From a virus (taxonomy: Duplodnaviria; Caudoviricetes), in the IMG/VR virus record IMGVR_UViG_3300048849_000180, positions 1-55,816 of that record: 55,816 nt of DNA. One strand, written 5' to 3'. This document shows positions 8,825-19,199 of the stretch, piece after piece (position 1 is the stretch's first letter; the number at the start of each line of letters is the position of its first letter). Under the pieces are notes generated by a model that saw nothing but the letters and a program-made list of their open reading frames with translations, searched no databases and was not told the origin of the DNA. The translations under genes were made by a program, and so were the position numbers.

Positions 8825-11317
8825 TTATAAATGGTGAACTCCAAATTCACCCCAGCGAGAAAACTTGTCATCGTAACCCCTGAATTTGAACCCACATTTG
8901 GTTGAAGTCATAAATGCTGAATCCGTGACCGTTGTCACGATCACCCCGTTGATGTATAGTGTAATCTGATCGCCATTGGAAATGACCTTGATCACATCAC
9001 CGATTTTAGGTACAATAGTGGATGCGTAAATTGTTATATCGTTGCTTTGAAAACGCTTCACTATTTGCCAAATATTCGATGTGTTGGTCGCTTGGATCGC
9101 GATGTAATTGTTTGCATCTACGTACCGGAATACGAGCAACGTTGTTCTGCTTCCCGGACTTACCATAGTATGTAATTGCGCTTTTACGGTTCTGTTCACG
9201 AAGGGATAATCTACCAACGCAAAGTTGTACACGTTATTCGAGTTCTGAGGGGAACCCAAACCATCATCATTCACGCTTATAACGTTGGCGCTGGTACCTA
9301 CCTTTTGCCATACAAGTGGTACCAGACCACCGGTCAATGTTCCGGTGATATCCGGGCCCTGATCAGTTACCATAAAGTCCTGGTACACGTCAAAGGTTAG
9401 TTCTTCACGGTCAGGAGCTTCAAGGATCCGCTGAAACGCCTTTTTTGGTTGACCATAGTAATCATGAGGTGCCGGGAATTCTTTGATCTGGTTGGTTGGT
9501 GCATCTGGAGCATTCTTACCTTGATTCTCCAAATAATATTTATCGTAAACGGTCCAGAAAACAACCCCACCACGCTGGGCAAGCGGAACTGCATTCTCGT
9601 AAGCCAGGAAAATATTATAGTAAGTGGTCGCCAGCTTTTCAGCTAGGGCTTCGGTGTATGGCTGTGGTGAAGAAGATCCGGAAGTAAGCGTAAGAACATC
9701 AAGCTCCGTGTACATCACCTTTAGGCCTCGACTGGACCAGTACCGCAGGCGTTTTTTCAAAACATCAATATCTATATTGACATTGGTGTGCATTTGAAAA
9801 CCCATGCCATCAACCATAATCTGCTTGCCACTGGTACTCATAATATTTTTAGCCTTTAAGCCATCAATCAGAGCTTTGTAAGCATCAGATTGTTTTTCGT
9901 TACTGGTTTCTTGATTATAGTCGTTAACATAAAGATCAATGTCAGGGTCAGCATTTCGCGCGATTGTAAAGCATAATTCAAAAAGTTCAGCTACATCGAA
10001 ATTATCATACCACATACCGCGCTTAAGAGTACCACCGCGAGATGGGTCACCCTCGCCTTGACCGTCGTAAATCCATTCATTTGTGACGTTCATTGATCGA
10101 ACAATACCCGGAAAGTTTGTTTTAAAGTGACTTAATACAGATGGTATGGTATCATTCAAAAACCCAGTCAAAATAGCTTTTCTGTTAGCTGCTGGTGCGG
10201 CAGCAACCTTTGTGACCAACCAAGATGGGCCGTCAGCAAGCCAAAGTGCGTGGGCCCAATGAGCTTTTAACCCCTTTGATTTGCAATAATTCAGAATCGC
10301 GTCCGCTTCTGTCCAATTCCAAGTTGTCTCTGAAGGTCGCAAGTGGCTCACATTCGTTCCGTTTTCGCAAGTGATCAATCTTGAAAGATCAATGATAGCT
10401 TGATAGGCGGCATTATTTTTTTTATCCAAGTCATAGGCGTACCCGATATCGTATGTAAATGACCCGAACGTGGAGTTGAGGGCATCCATAACCCATTGCC
10501 TGTTCCGGATGTAGACCTTCAACTGTTCCCCGGTTCCAAGGTCAGGCAGGTAAAACTTACCATCCCGGTACTCAGGAAATACGTCTGGCAACCTGTCAAG
10601 CTTATTCTTGTATGCTTCAGTAAAATTGTTGTCGGTCGTTCCGGATCCAGTACCTCCCCCAGTTCCACCGCCGGTGTTTACGCCACTGGTAAGCAGATCA
10701 TTTATTTTACCGTAAAGAAGATCTAGCGACTGTTCTACTGTTCCTGAATTCCTGATCGCCTTAATGCTCATCGGCACACCGTTGTTCGGTGAACTTAGGT
10801 TGACGTATTGAACGCCAGCCGGAACGGTCACCTTCTCGTTGTAGATATTTATGGGTCCCGATAAGTTGGTCTGGTGAGCCTGGTTGTATCGCTCAACACT
10901 CATCATGTTACCAGCCGGGTAGCTATTGATTAAGGTAGAAACAAAGCTTCCGTAGGAATTGGACGAATATCCTACAAGACCGGTTCCTACAATTGGAGGC
11001 GAAGTATTAAAGTCAGCAGTTGTAAAGCTCACGATAAGCTGCTCCCCCGGTTCCACTTTTAAGAACCCACTGTATTTGTCAACGTTACTGGCAGCAAAGG
11101 CACCCGTATAAACACTCACCTTTCCCGCAAGCGGGTTTGTAACAAGTTCAACTTCGATAGGTTGATCAGTTCCTCCGGATCCGTCTGGTATAGCTAAATC
11201 TCCAACTTCCAGATACTGGAATGCCTTGGTGACCGGGTTCACGATCAAAAGTCTATCTGTCGTCTGTACGTCGGTTCTTCGCTGTAGGTCGGTGGTTATA
11301 TTCTTTGTTCCAGCCAT
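8825..11317 (-). CDS. Putative virion-associated GH10 glycoside hydrolase (receptor-binding/depolymerase candidate)
   Basis: TCEN, KAHWAHALW, MNVTNEW, LYVNDYN, DGMGFQMH, MYTELDV, GVVFW; C-terminal beta-sandwich; lies between the Dit-like and Tal-like genes. Confidence 0.85.
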   Translation of the reverse strand: MAGTKNITTDLQRRTDVQTTDRLLIVNPVTKAFQYLEVGDLAIPDGSGGTDQPIEVELVTNPLAGKVSVYTGAFAASNVDKYSGFLKVEPGEQLIVSFTTADFNTSPPIVGTGLVGYSSNSYGSFVSTLINSYPAGNMMSVERYNQAHQTNLSGPINIYNEKVTVPAGVQYVNLSSPNNGVPMSIKAIRNSGTVEQSLDLLYGKINDLLTSGVNTGGGTGGGTGSGTTDNNFTEAYKNKLDRLPDVFPEYRDGKFYLPDLGTGEQLKVYIRNRQWVMDALNSTFGSFTYDIGYAYDLDKKNNAAYQAIIDLSRLITCENGTNVSHLRPSETTWNWTEADAILNYCKSKGLKAHWAHALWLADGPSWLVTKVAAAPAANRKAILTGFLNDTIPSVLSHFKTNFPGIVRSMNVTNEWIYDGQGEGDPSRGGTLKRGMWYDNFDVAELFELCFTIARNADPDIDLYVNDYNQETSNEKQSDAYKALIDGLKAKNIMSTSGKQIMVDGMGFQMHTNVNIDIDVLKKRLRYWSSRGLKVMYTELDVLTLTSGSSSPQPYTEALAEKLATTYYNIFLAYENAVPLAQRGGVVFWTVYDKYYLENQGKNAPDAPTNQIKEFPAPHDYYGQPKKAFQRILEAPDREELTFDVYQDFMVTDQGPDITGTLTGGLVPLVWQKVGTSANVISVNDDGLGSPQNSNNVYNFALVDYPFVNRTVKAQLHTMVSPGSRTTLLVFRYVDANNYIAIQATNTSNIWQIVKRFQSNDITIYASTIVPKIGDVIKVISNGDQITLYINGVIVTTVTDSAFMTSTKCGFKFRGYDDKFSRWGEFGVHHL

Positions 11318-11319
11318 CG

Positions 11320-12234
11320 TTAGTTAAATTTTAATAGTTCAGCAATCGGCACCCCGTTGCCATCGATTAATGTATTTCCTGAATTGTCGGTTAAGACATT
11401 CCAGGTATTCAGCGTGCGGATCTCGGTTAACTTCAAGTCTATTGCGCATACATATCGGGTCCCCTGCTTGTATAGCTTTGAAACTTTAAATCCGTCTTTC
11501 GCAAAGAATTCGCGCTCTACGCCATTGTAAATGAGTGTTCTTGAATTTGGCAAAGCAAGTAAAGCGGCCAGCGATCTAACCGAGGAGTTAAAAGCGGCGT
11601 AGGTGGTAAATGAACCCGCCAGGTTGAGGTTGAAAGTCCTCATGCCGCTCTTTGTTACTTTGCTGCCTTCAAAACCGTATGCCGTGACGTTGGCTTTTTT
11701 AGCCGCCGGCCTATTATATTGCCCTTCCGTTGATCTGATGACAAAGCCCATTTTTTTTAGGCTTATTCCGTCGATCGATGGGGTGACTGTGTCCGTGGTG
11801 AATGCTGCGCCTGTTAGATTTACAACCGGCTCTCGCATGACCAGTGTACCCTTGCAGTATCCGGAACCTAAGTATTTGATCTGAATCTCGTTATTGACTA
11901 ATACCTGATAGGTTCCGTACAAATCCGAGCTAAAAGGAACTGGACCAGTAAAAGCATCAATGTCGTCGTATAATGCGAAGCATTTACTTTGCGCTGTTTC
12001 CCGGTTAGTTGCCTTTACCAGAAACATGAAGGTAAGGTCGCGCCCTCCAAAGAATATTTCGTCAGCCCGCAAGTATGGTTCAATTCCTTTTTCATCAGGC
12101 CACTCGTAGTGAGTGTCTCCAATCCGAGAAGGCATATCCCATGCTCCGCTAAAAGCCAGGTTACTTGACGGAGACTTAGCCGGTAGTATGGAGTATGTCG
12201 ATACGTTCTACCCGTTTAAGTAGTAGTTGTTCAT
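11320..12234 (-). pseudogene. Distal tail (Dit-like) protein with an in-frame TAG at codon 9
   Basis: ATG at 12234 overlaps the TMP stop (ATGA) and reads MNNYYLNG*NVSTYSILPAKSPSSNLAFSGAWDMPSR, in frame with ORF 11320..12135; TAG at 12208-12210. Confidence 0.72.
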
Positions 12235-15200
12235 CGGCTGCCTGTTAATGATGCACTGCTTTGTGCCTGTGGTAATGGTTTGGTGTTGGTGATGATCTTT
12301 TCCAGATTGGCATTGGACGCCTTTAATTCAGCGACCGTATTGAATGTGTGCTGTTCAATCATTTCAAGGCTGTGGATCCCTATGGTCGCAATCTTTAGGT
12401 GATCAAGCGCGGTAAGGCTGATTTGCTTGGTGATATCATATTGAGCCCGGAACAGTCCTGTGAGCTCGGATGCCTGGTCTTGGGTGATCTTGTTTGCAAT
12501 CTCGGCTTGTATGCCCCCTTTTTCCGACTGGCTTGCCGAAGAACCTCCTGTGATCTTGTCCAGGTCTGCCAGCTTATCAAGTCCATTTTGGATAGCTGCG
12601 TTATACGCATCCCTTAGAACTTCAACATCATCATCCGTCAGTCCGTTAGAATCCCCGGATAAGCTCGCAAACCTCTTGTAGAAGTCAGAAATGGCGGCGT
12701 TCAGGTAATTGTCACGGAACAGGCTTAGGAACGAATCCTGCATCATGCCTTTGAAGTCATCAGCAAAATCTGAGGCGAAGCGCTTACCGTTTTTAAACCC
12801 GGAGATTATTGCGTCAGTGATGCTCGCGGCAGTTGTGCCGGTTACTCTTTGATCAATTTCATCAAAGGCGTCTTGCGCGCTTTGTCCGATGTCATCCATT
12901 TCGGATTTTATCTTTTGAAGTTCCTCAAACCAAGCTTTAGTAGAATCTGTTAACTTGTTTTCGTTATATAACTTTTCAAGTGATTTAAAGTCCGATCCCG
13001 CAACACCCGCAAGATCCTGTACGACCCTGCTCTTTTTACCAAAACCCAGAAAGCCCCCGTACTCCTCTGTGTGCTCACCGGTGATCTGTTGGCCTGTTGA
13101 TTTGATCATAGCTAACAGCCTGTCATAGTCTTGTTGCGCCTGGCTTTCTTGAGTGTTTAAGATTGCTTGTCTATTTCTTAACTCCGAAAGCGATAAATCA
13201 CCTATGCTCTTCAGTGTACGTTCACGTTCTCTTAGCAACTGGTTATAGGCAAGCTCGCCCTTGACCATGTTGTCCTGATATGCTTGAAGTTCGGCGGCTG
13301 CTTGTCTGGCACTCTCCTTTGCAGCCTTGAAGAAAGAAGTAATGCCTTTTACAACATTAACAACCGCACCGATAGCCTTACCTGCCGGTCCTGCAACTGA
13401 TAGTCCAGCCGTAAGAGTTCCAAGCAACCCGCCTCCGGCTTCAGCCTTTGTCTCTTTATAACTTTTCAAAGCGTCCATGGTATCGGCAACACCCTGCTTC
13501 ACATCTGCCGCTGCAGAAACCATGTCACCAAGAATATTAAGCACGTTCGTCAACCCAGAGGATAATCCATTAGACGACGATGCGAGATCTTTGAATATCT
13601 GAGCGAAACCGCGCAGTTGGCTTGGAATAGCATCGTTTAATGACGCCTTCGCATTGTTGATTGCTTTTATTACCAGGTCATACGCTTTTCGGGTGAGCAA
13701 GCCTGCCGCCAAGTCTGCATTCGCTTTCTGCTTTGCCTTTTGGATGTATTCAGTAATGGCATCAGTTGACATTCGTGTAAATCCATCGAATAGCTTTTTG
13801 TATCCTGCTATCTGCTGAATGGTGTTTTGATCAAAGCGCTCTAACTCTTCCTTCCCATTAGCGATGGCCTGTTCTGCCTGCAGGTTGTACCCTTTCGCAC
13901 GAAGGTCTGCGGCATCCTTGATCGCCTTCTCAATGATCAGATTGCGTGATTGCTCAAATGTTTGCGTATCGACCAATAACTTTTGAAACTGAAGTCTTTG
14001 ATTCTTGTCTTCTTCAACTTTAATCGGTGCCGCTACTTCATTCTTTTTAGTCGATAGGAGATCGGTTTTACCCTTTCGGCTTTCAATGTCTTTAGAGATA
14101 TAATCGGCAAACGACTTGTAGTCTAGAATTTCATTCTTGTACATCTCATCAGCGAGCTTTTCGCCCAAGTCTATCTTAGCCTGCTCGTACTCTTCATAAA
14201 GCTTTTTCTTTCTATCAAGCTCGTCTTTGTACCCGTTTTTGCCGTTGATGATGGCATCTACCCCGGCCACACCCAGTTCAATGTTTCGAGCAGACTCCAC
14301 CGGCGTCTTGCTCATCTGGTCTGACGCATTCAGTTTTGCGTTCAGCTTGTCTATGGCTGCGATTCTGTCATCGTACTTTTTATTTATGGCGGCGATCTGC
14401 TGCGCTTCATCATCCAGACCGCTTGCCCGGGCACCAGCGAGATCCTGGCTGATCTCACGCTCCAGGTCTTTACGCTTTTCAAGCAGGACGTTGTACTTTT
14501 TGGCGGCGGCTGCTTCTTTTGCAAGCTGTTCAGCTGTTTTCTGTGCTTGAAGTTCTTTGGCCTTTTGTTCCTCTGCAGCGGCTTTGGCAGCTTTCTGGGC
14601 ATCGACAAGCTTTTGAACTTCTGGATTAGATGATAGAATCTTGCTTTGGGCACTTTTAAGATCAGACACCTTGGTTTGAGCAAGTCTAGAATCGAACGTG
14701 TTGCTTATTTCGGAAATAGCACCCGATAGATTACCTTTTGCAATCTCCTTCATGGCTTTGAAAAAACCAGAAAAGCTGATTGCTAAGCGATCAAACGTTG
14801 TTATGGCTTCGATCCCTTTCTCATTGATTTTATCAATTTGATCTTGTAGGCCTTTATAGTCCGCGAACTCCTGTTCAGCTTCAGTAGCCTTGCGAACTGA
14901 CTCCTTGTATTGGTTAATTGCAGTAGCGCCTTTGCCAGCTGCAATTTCTTCTTGTGAATAGTGATCGAGCGCACCTTTAGTGGTTAACAGCAGCTCGTCA
15001 TACGCCTGTTTTTGCTCTCTTTTCGAGGTATTATGGTCTTTGATGGTCTTGATCAGACCGTCAATCTTTTCTGTTTCGTTCTCAACAGCCCGGGCACCTT
15101 TGTTCTTCGCTTCAGTAAGTGATTCTTCAGCAATCTCGGCAGCGTTCTGGTACTGGATGAGTGAATAGCCAACAGCAACCAGGCCCGCTAAGACAGCAGT

Positions 15201-16226
15201 GTAAGCAGCGGTACTGACAGCAAGAGCGGCCTGCTTACTCGTGAGAATGCCCATTAGCTTATCCTTCATTACAAGAATGTTGTAGTGAACAAGCTCAACG
15301 GCGGACATGCCGCCGGTGACAGTGGTAGTAAGTAGTAAAGCAGCCCGGTATGATCCGTAGGTGATAACCAGAAGCTCGATAACCTCGATCACCTTCTGAT
15401 AATTGTCGACAAGAGAAATGGCCGCCTGAATACCGTCGCCTATTATTCCTTCTTGGCTTTTACCCAGGGCATTAAGCATCCGGTCCCAAGCATCTTCAAG
15501 GTTGCTCAGCTGTCCGGTAAGTGATTTAGACTGCTCTTGCATCAGGTTGAAGAACTTCCCACCTTGGCCGGTCATATTCTGGAAAGCTTTTTCCACCTGA
15601 GGAAACCCAATTTTTCCGGCACTGACATAATTCCGTACCTCGGCTGTTGTGATGTTCAGAACCTTTGCAAGTTCCTCGTATATTGGAATACCACGGCCAG
15701 CAAACTGGTTGATATCTACCTGGGTTACTCTTCCAGATGCCCGTAAAGTTCCGTAAAGGTAGGTAAGGTCACCGAGTTGTGATCCGACACCAGCGGCCAC
15801 GTTACCCAGCATCGTCAAGTCTTTGGTTATGTCGTTTGCAGCAAAGCCATATGCAAGGAGCTGTTTGGCCCCTGATGCAACATCTTGAAGCGTAAAAGGG
15901 GTGATGGCTGCGAGCTTCACAGCCTCAGCCATCAGTTGGTCGGCCTTTTCTTTGCTTCCAAGCATAGTGTTAAAGGCGATTTCAATCTTCTGAAATTCAC
16001 CTCGGACGTCGACCATGGATTTTACAAAACCAAAGGCTGCCTGCGTAGAAAAGAACCCGGCTGCTGCAGCTGTTGCTTTGTTTGCAAACGACTCGATCTG
16101 CGCACCTTGTGTCTGCATGCTGCTGGTAAAGTTATTTAAGTCGCTACGCATGGCGCGTAATTCAGCATGGAACTGACTTCCGTCTATTGCTGCAATCCAA
16201 TCTAATTCACTACCTGCTACGTTCAT
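12231..16226 (-). CDS. Tail tape measure protein
   Basis: 1331 aa, helical and Ala-rich; tape-measure domain (AAITPFTLQDV...QFAGRGIPIYEELA). Confidence 0.95.
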   Translation of the reverse strand: MNVAGSELDWIAAIDGSQFHAELRAMRSDLNNFTSSMQTQGAQIESFANKATAAAAGFFSTQAAFGFVKSMVDVRGEFQKIEIAFNTMLGSKEKADQLMAEAVKLAAITPFTLQDVASGAKQLLAYGFAANDITKDLTMLGNVAAGVGSQLGDLTYLYGTLRASGRVTQVDINQFAGRGIPIYEELAKVLNITTAEVRNYVSAGKIGFPQVEKAFQNMTGQGGKFFNLMQEQSKSLTGQLSNLEDAWDRMLNALGKSQEGIIGDGIQAAISLVDNYQKVIEVIELLVITYGSYRAALLLTTTVTGGMSAVELVHYNILVMKDKLMGILTSKQAALAVSTAAYTAVLAGLVAVGYSLIQYQNAAEIAEESLTEAKNKGARAVENETEKIDGLIKTIKDHNTSKREQKQAYDELLLTTKGALDHYSQEEIAAGKGATAINQYKESVRKATEAEQEFADYKGLQDQIDKINEKGIEAITTFDRLAISFSGFFKAMKEIAKGNLSGAISEISNTFDSRLAQTKVSDLKSAQSKILSSNPEVQKLVDAQKAAKAAAEEQKAKELQAQKTAEQLAKEAAAAKKYNVLLEKRKDLEREISQDLAGARASGLDDEAQQIAAINKKYDDRIAAIDKLNAKLNASDQMSKTPVESARNIELGVAGVDAIINGKNGYKDELDRKKKLYEEYEQAKIDLGEKLADEMYKNEILDYKSFADYISKDIESRKGKTDLLSTKKNEVAAPIKVEEDKNQRLQFQKLLVDTQTFEQSRNLIIEKAIKDAADLRAKGYNLQAEQAIANGKEELERFDQNTIQQIAGYKKLFDGFTRMSTDAITEYIQKAKQKANADLAAGLLTRKAYDLVIKAINNAKASLNDAIPSQLRGFAQIFKDLASSSNGLSSGLTNVLNILGDMVSAAADVKQGVADTMDALKSYKETKAEAGGGLLGTLTAGLSVAGPAGKAIGAVVNVVKGITSFFKAAKESARQAAAELQAYQDNMVKGELAYNQLLRERERTLKSIGDLSLSELRNRQAILNTQESQAQQDYDRLLAMIKSTGQQITGEHTEEYGGFLGFGKKSRVVQDLAGVAGSDFKSLEKLYNENKLTDSTKAWFEELQKIKSEMDDIGQSAQDAFDEIDQRVTGTTAASITDAIISGFKNGKRFASDFADDFKGMMQDSFLSLFRDNYLNAAISDFYKRFASLSGDSNGLTDDDVEVLRDAYNAAIQNGLDKLADLDKITGGSSASQSEKGGIQAEIANKITQDQASELTGLFRAQYDITKQISLTALDHLKIATIGIHSLEMIEQHTFNTVAELKASNANLEKIITNTKPLPQAQSSASLTGSR

Positions 16227-16227
16227 G

Positions 16228-16973
16228 TTATAACCCTAGTTCTTTCCTTAGTTCAGCTTCTTCGTCTTCGGGCGATATGACCTTCGCCTCATCCCCTTTT
16301 TTCTTGTCGTCATAGTTTGGAATGGATGCTAGGTCCATATTGAAATTCACCCAGCTTGTTTTCCACAGCACCTGATTCCAGGTAGATTTATAGTACTTCC
16401 GGTATGATCCGATTATACTCCAAGGGCTATCACCTCCCTTGGTTCCTTGAGACTCATCTTTGACTATTCCGGTGTGATCGCAGGCGTTACATCCGCATCC
16501 TTGGCAGTGATCACATTTTGTCCGCCGATCAAGATGATAGATTTCGTAAAATTTACAACTCCCAGCATAGCCAGTGATGCATCGAGTAGCTCGAAAAACT
16601 TATCGTCGTCAATCCACCGCAGATAGTTCAACAATCCCTTGGATGGCTCCTTTTTATTGTTTTGAATGCAAACGGCAACCACATAGATCAGGTCATCGGT
16701 GTGCTCCTGGATGGCTTTCCATAGTTCTTCATTAGTGAAACCTGGAGAAAATATACCCGCCTTGATCTTTAATGCAACGCCTGATATTCTGTAGCGGTTA
16801 CCGACCAATATAGGGGCGATTTCAAACACTCTTTTCGACTTCAAAAAACCCTTTTTCATAAGGAGTTTCTGCAACCAGTTTGTTGGCTTGATATCGATCT
16901 CTATCGGCTTTCGCTGTTGAATAACCGCCTTGGAGGCTTGAGCAAGTATTGCTTTTAATTCGTTTTCTTGCAT
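16228..16973 (-). CDS. Tail assembly chaperone, long form via programmed -1 frameshift
   Basis: In-frame slippery heptamer A-AAT-TTT (16548-16554); the -1 frame stays open to TAA at 16228-16230, 1 nt before the TMP ATG. Confidence 0.8.
16464..16973 (-). CDS. Tail assembly chaperone, short form
   Basis: Position between major tail protein and tape measure; slippery site near the 3' end. Confidence 0.8.
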   Translation of the reverse strand: MQENELKAILAQASKAVIQQRKPIEIDIKPTNWLQKLLMKKGFLKSKRVFEIAPILVGNRYRISGVALKIKAGIFSPGFTNEELWKAIQEHTDDLIYVVAVCIQNNKKEPSKGLLNYLRWIDDDKFFELLDASLAMLGVVNFTKSIILIGGQNVITAKDADVTPAITPE

Positions 16974-16986
16974 GGGAATTTATAAG

Positions 16987-17007
16987 AGGGCACCGGTATG
17001 ATGCCCT
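16987..17007 (-). terminator. Hairpin after the major tail gene
   Basis: GAGGGCA-ccggtatga-TGCCCTC. Confidence 0.45.
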
Positions 17008-17017
17008 CGTAAAAGTG

Positions 17018-17524
17018 TTATACTCCGAAGTCGATAGAGAATGCAGGAGTTGCAGCTTTGTCAGCTTTCAACATTGTACCTGTCCAGTCAATCTGACCGA
17101 GCTTAGTTTTATCAAAAGCGAAGTTCGCAGTTGCGGTAAGCTTCATTTTAACGAAGTTGATCTTGATACCTGTTCTGGTTTCGACCTTTACCGATTGATA
17201 CACGGTTACCACAGCTCCACTCGGATCGGGTGACCATACACCAGCAGCAACAGTACCTCCAAAAAACTTTTGCATTGTAAGAGCAGACACATTGTATGTA
17301 CTTGCTTTTAATGCCCATGTACCGGCTTTGGTCGTAATTGAATCATAAAGATCATCGCTTTCCTCGATCTCTACATCTTCAGTTTCAGGATCGGAAGACG
17401 TCAAAGTTGCCGAACCCTTTACAGTTGCGCCTAAAACTTCAGTTAAGACGGTACCCATGCCACCGTCTCCTGCTGGGGCACCCATGGTGATGGCTTTTAG
17501 TCCATAAACTTTATTTGTTGCCAT
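17018..17524 (-). CDS. Major tail (tube) protein
   Basis: 168 aa, beta-rich, canonical position. Confidence 0.8.
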   Translation of the reverse strand: MATNKVYGLKAITMGAPAGDGGMGTVLTEVLGATVKGSATLTSSDPETEDVEIEESDDLYDSITTKAGTWALKASTYNVSALTMQKFFGGTVAAGVWSPDPSGAVVTVYQSVKVETRTGIKINFVKMKLTATANFAFDKTKLGQIDWTGTMLKADKAATPAFSIDFGV

Positions 17525-17534
17525 ATTATTGGAA

Positions 17535-17966
17535 TTAATTGTTTTGTGAATAAAATTCTACGCGAAAGCTCACGTAGTGTTGATTGTTCTCATCTTGCAT
17601 GACATTATCTTGCTGGATATTAAAAGTGTAGTTTCCGGTTTCATCCCAAATCTCTTCCCCTTCTCCAAGTGCGGTATTTCCAAGTGTAGACAGGTAAAGA
17701 AGACGAGCAGTATTTGGCTGGCTTCTGTCACTAGGATTAGATACAAGCTCCAGGTTAGGCACGTAGATATTCACGTTTAAAACCCCTTCCTGTACATCAT
17801 CCCTGCCCAGTGTCAATGAATTCACAACAACGTCCTCAAGAACAGAATTCTGCGGCCGCTCATACTTGCAAAGCTTTCCGTTTGGCTTTTTTGCATCAGT
17901 CATCAGAACCGAATGCTCAATATGTTGAAATAACATATTCAGAGCCGAAATTGAAGTAAAACTCAT
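17535..17966 (-). CDS. Tail terminator-like protein
   Basis: Synteny; GVLNVNIYVP motif. Confidence 0.65.
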   Translation of the reverse strand: MSFTSISALNMLFQHIEHSVLMTDAKKPNGKLCKYERPQNSVLEDVVVNSLTLGRDDVQEGVLNVNIYVPNLELVSNPSDRSQPNTARLLYLSTLGNTALGEGEEIWDETGNYTFNIQQDNVMQDENNQHYVSFRVEFYSQNN

Positions 17967-18385
17967 GTGTTCAGTCGCTGTTTAAAATTCTTGATTGCCG
18001 CTTTTAATTGTTTTTCAGCAATCTTAGAACTGCCGGTTAATACGTCTTTTCCCCTACTCTCAACAGCCGCCGCGTATTGCATACCAGCAACGACGATCAG
18101 CACATAACCCTGCAAGTGCCCCTGGATCAACTCGTCTATGTAATCTTTACTGTCAGCAGGTATCTGTCCTGGCGATTTCTTCACACCGTTCTTGGTTACC
18201 ACATAGCAGATTGAAGATCTTAGGTTACCGGTCTGGTCCTTGTATGTGCCGTTTGCCCGTGCGTTCGCTACGAATGTTTCACCGATGAAAATTAACCGGC
18301 TGATGATCGCGTCCTCAAACCTTTTGGCCTTCACCATGAAAGCTTTGTTGATATCGGACTCGGTGAACTTCGACCTGATACTCAT
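17963..18385 (-). CDS. HK97 gp10-like tail completion protein
   Basis: DQTGNLRSSI and YAAAVE motifs. Confidence 0.8.
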   Translation of the reverse strand: MSIRSKFTESDINKAFMVKAKRFEDAIISRLIFIGETFVANARANGTYKDQTGNLRSSICYVVTKNGVKKSPGQIPADSKDYIDELIQGHLQGYVLIVVAGMQYAAAVESRGKDVLTGSSKIAEKQLKAAIKNFKQRLNT

Positions 18386-18858
18386 ATCAAATTTTCGGCT
18401 CTAAATGGATGATACACTTTTTCTGCTTTTAACCTTGCGTTTATAGCTTCTTGAAGATCATTGAAACGGCCTATACGCATAGACTTGTAATTCAAGGTTA
18501 TGTATGCCGACCATTTGTTCCTTGATTTTTCAAAGCTAACCCCTTTTATTCCCGTTTTACTGTCCCTGTGAGCACGTATGTTTTGGCAGTTTTGCGCATT
18601 TGTAACGACTCTCAAGTTGCACTTTTGATTATTCAATCCATTCCTATCCTTATGATCAATAACCATTTTAGTGCTGAGTTTCATAATCTCTCTATGCATC
18701 TGAATTGAAGTTTTCTTACCATCACTAAGTTTTACATTTCTGGCCGCGTAATAGGTATTTTTGTCTTTCCTAGCGAACCAAGAAAATTGATTAAGATATT
18801 CAAAGTCATCATCATCAACTGTTGTAACCTGTCCTAATGTTAATTTGATTGTTCTCAT
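18382..18858 (-). CDS. HNH-AP2 homing endonuclease
   Basis: MHREIM, IDHKDRNGLNNQKCNLR, then AP2 domain GIKGVSF...KWSAYI...IGRF; likely start MRTIKL at 18858. Confidence 0.88.
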   Translation of the reverse strand: MRTIKLTLGQVTTVDDDDFEYLNQFSWFARKDKNTYYAARNVKLSDGKKTSIQMHREIMKLSTKMVIDHKDRNGLNNQKCNLRVVTNAQNCQNIRAHRDSKTGIKGVSFEKSRNKWSAYITLNYKSMRIGRFNDLQEAINARLKAEKVYHPFRAENLI

Positions 18859-18869
18859 AGATGTATAAA

Positions 18870-19199
18870 TTAAACCCATGCTCTGGTATTCATTGTACCT
18901 TCAAAGAACCGTTTAACCGTTCCGGATGCGATTAATGCTTCATTGTGATAACCTTCAATTTCTACACCTTCCGGTATATCAGAGTTTCCAAGTGGCATGT
19001 AAACGATCCAGCCGTAATCAAGCTTTAATCCGTCATTGCTTGGAATTTGCTCTCCGGATCCGTTAACCTCAAATCTGCACTTAATCTCGACGTTCGTAGT
19101 TGCACCGGGTACGATTACCGTATCGCCGTTCTCGTCAATTTCTTCCGAACCACCGGTAACGATGTCAAACTTTAGGATATGTGGGTATTGGATCACCAT
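18870..19199 (-). CDS. Head closure / neck protein
   Basis: Synteny, 109 aa. Confidence 0.6.
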   Translation of the reverse strand: MVIQYPHILKFDIVTGGSEEIDENGDTVIVPGATTNVEIKCRFEVNGSGEQIPSNDGLKLDYGWIVYMPLGNSDIPEGVEIEGYHNEALIASGTVKRFFEGTMNTRAWV

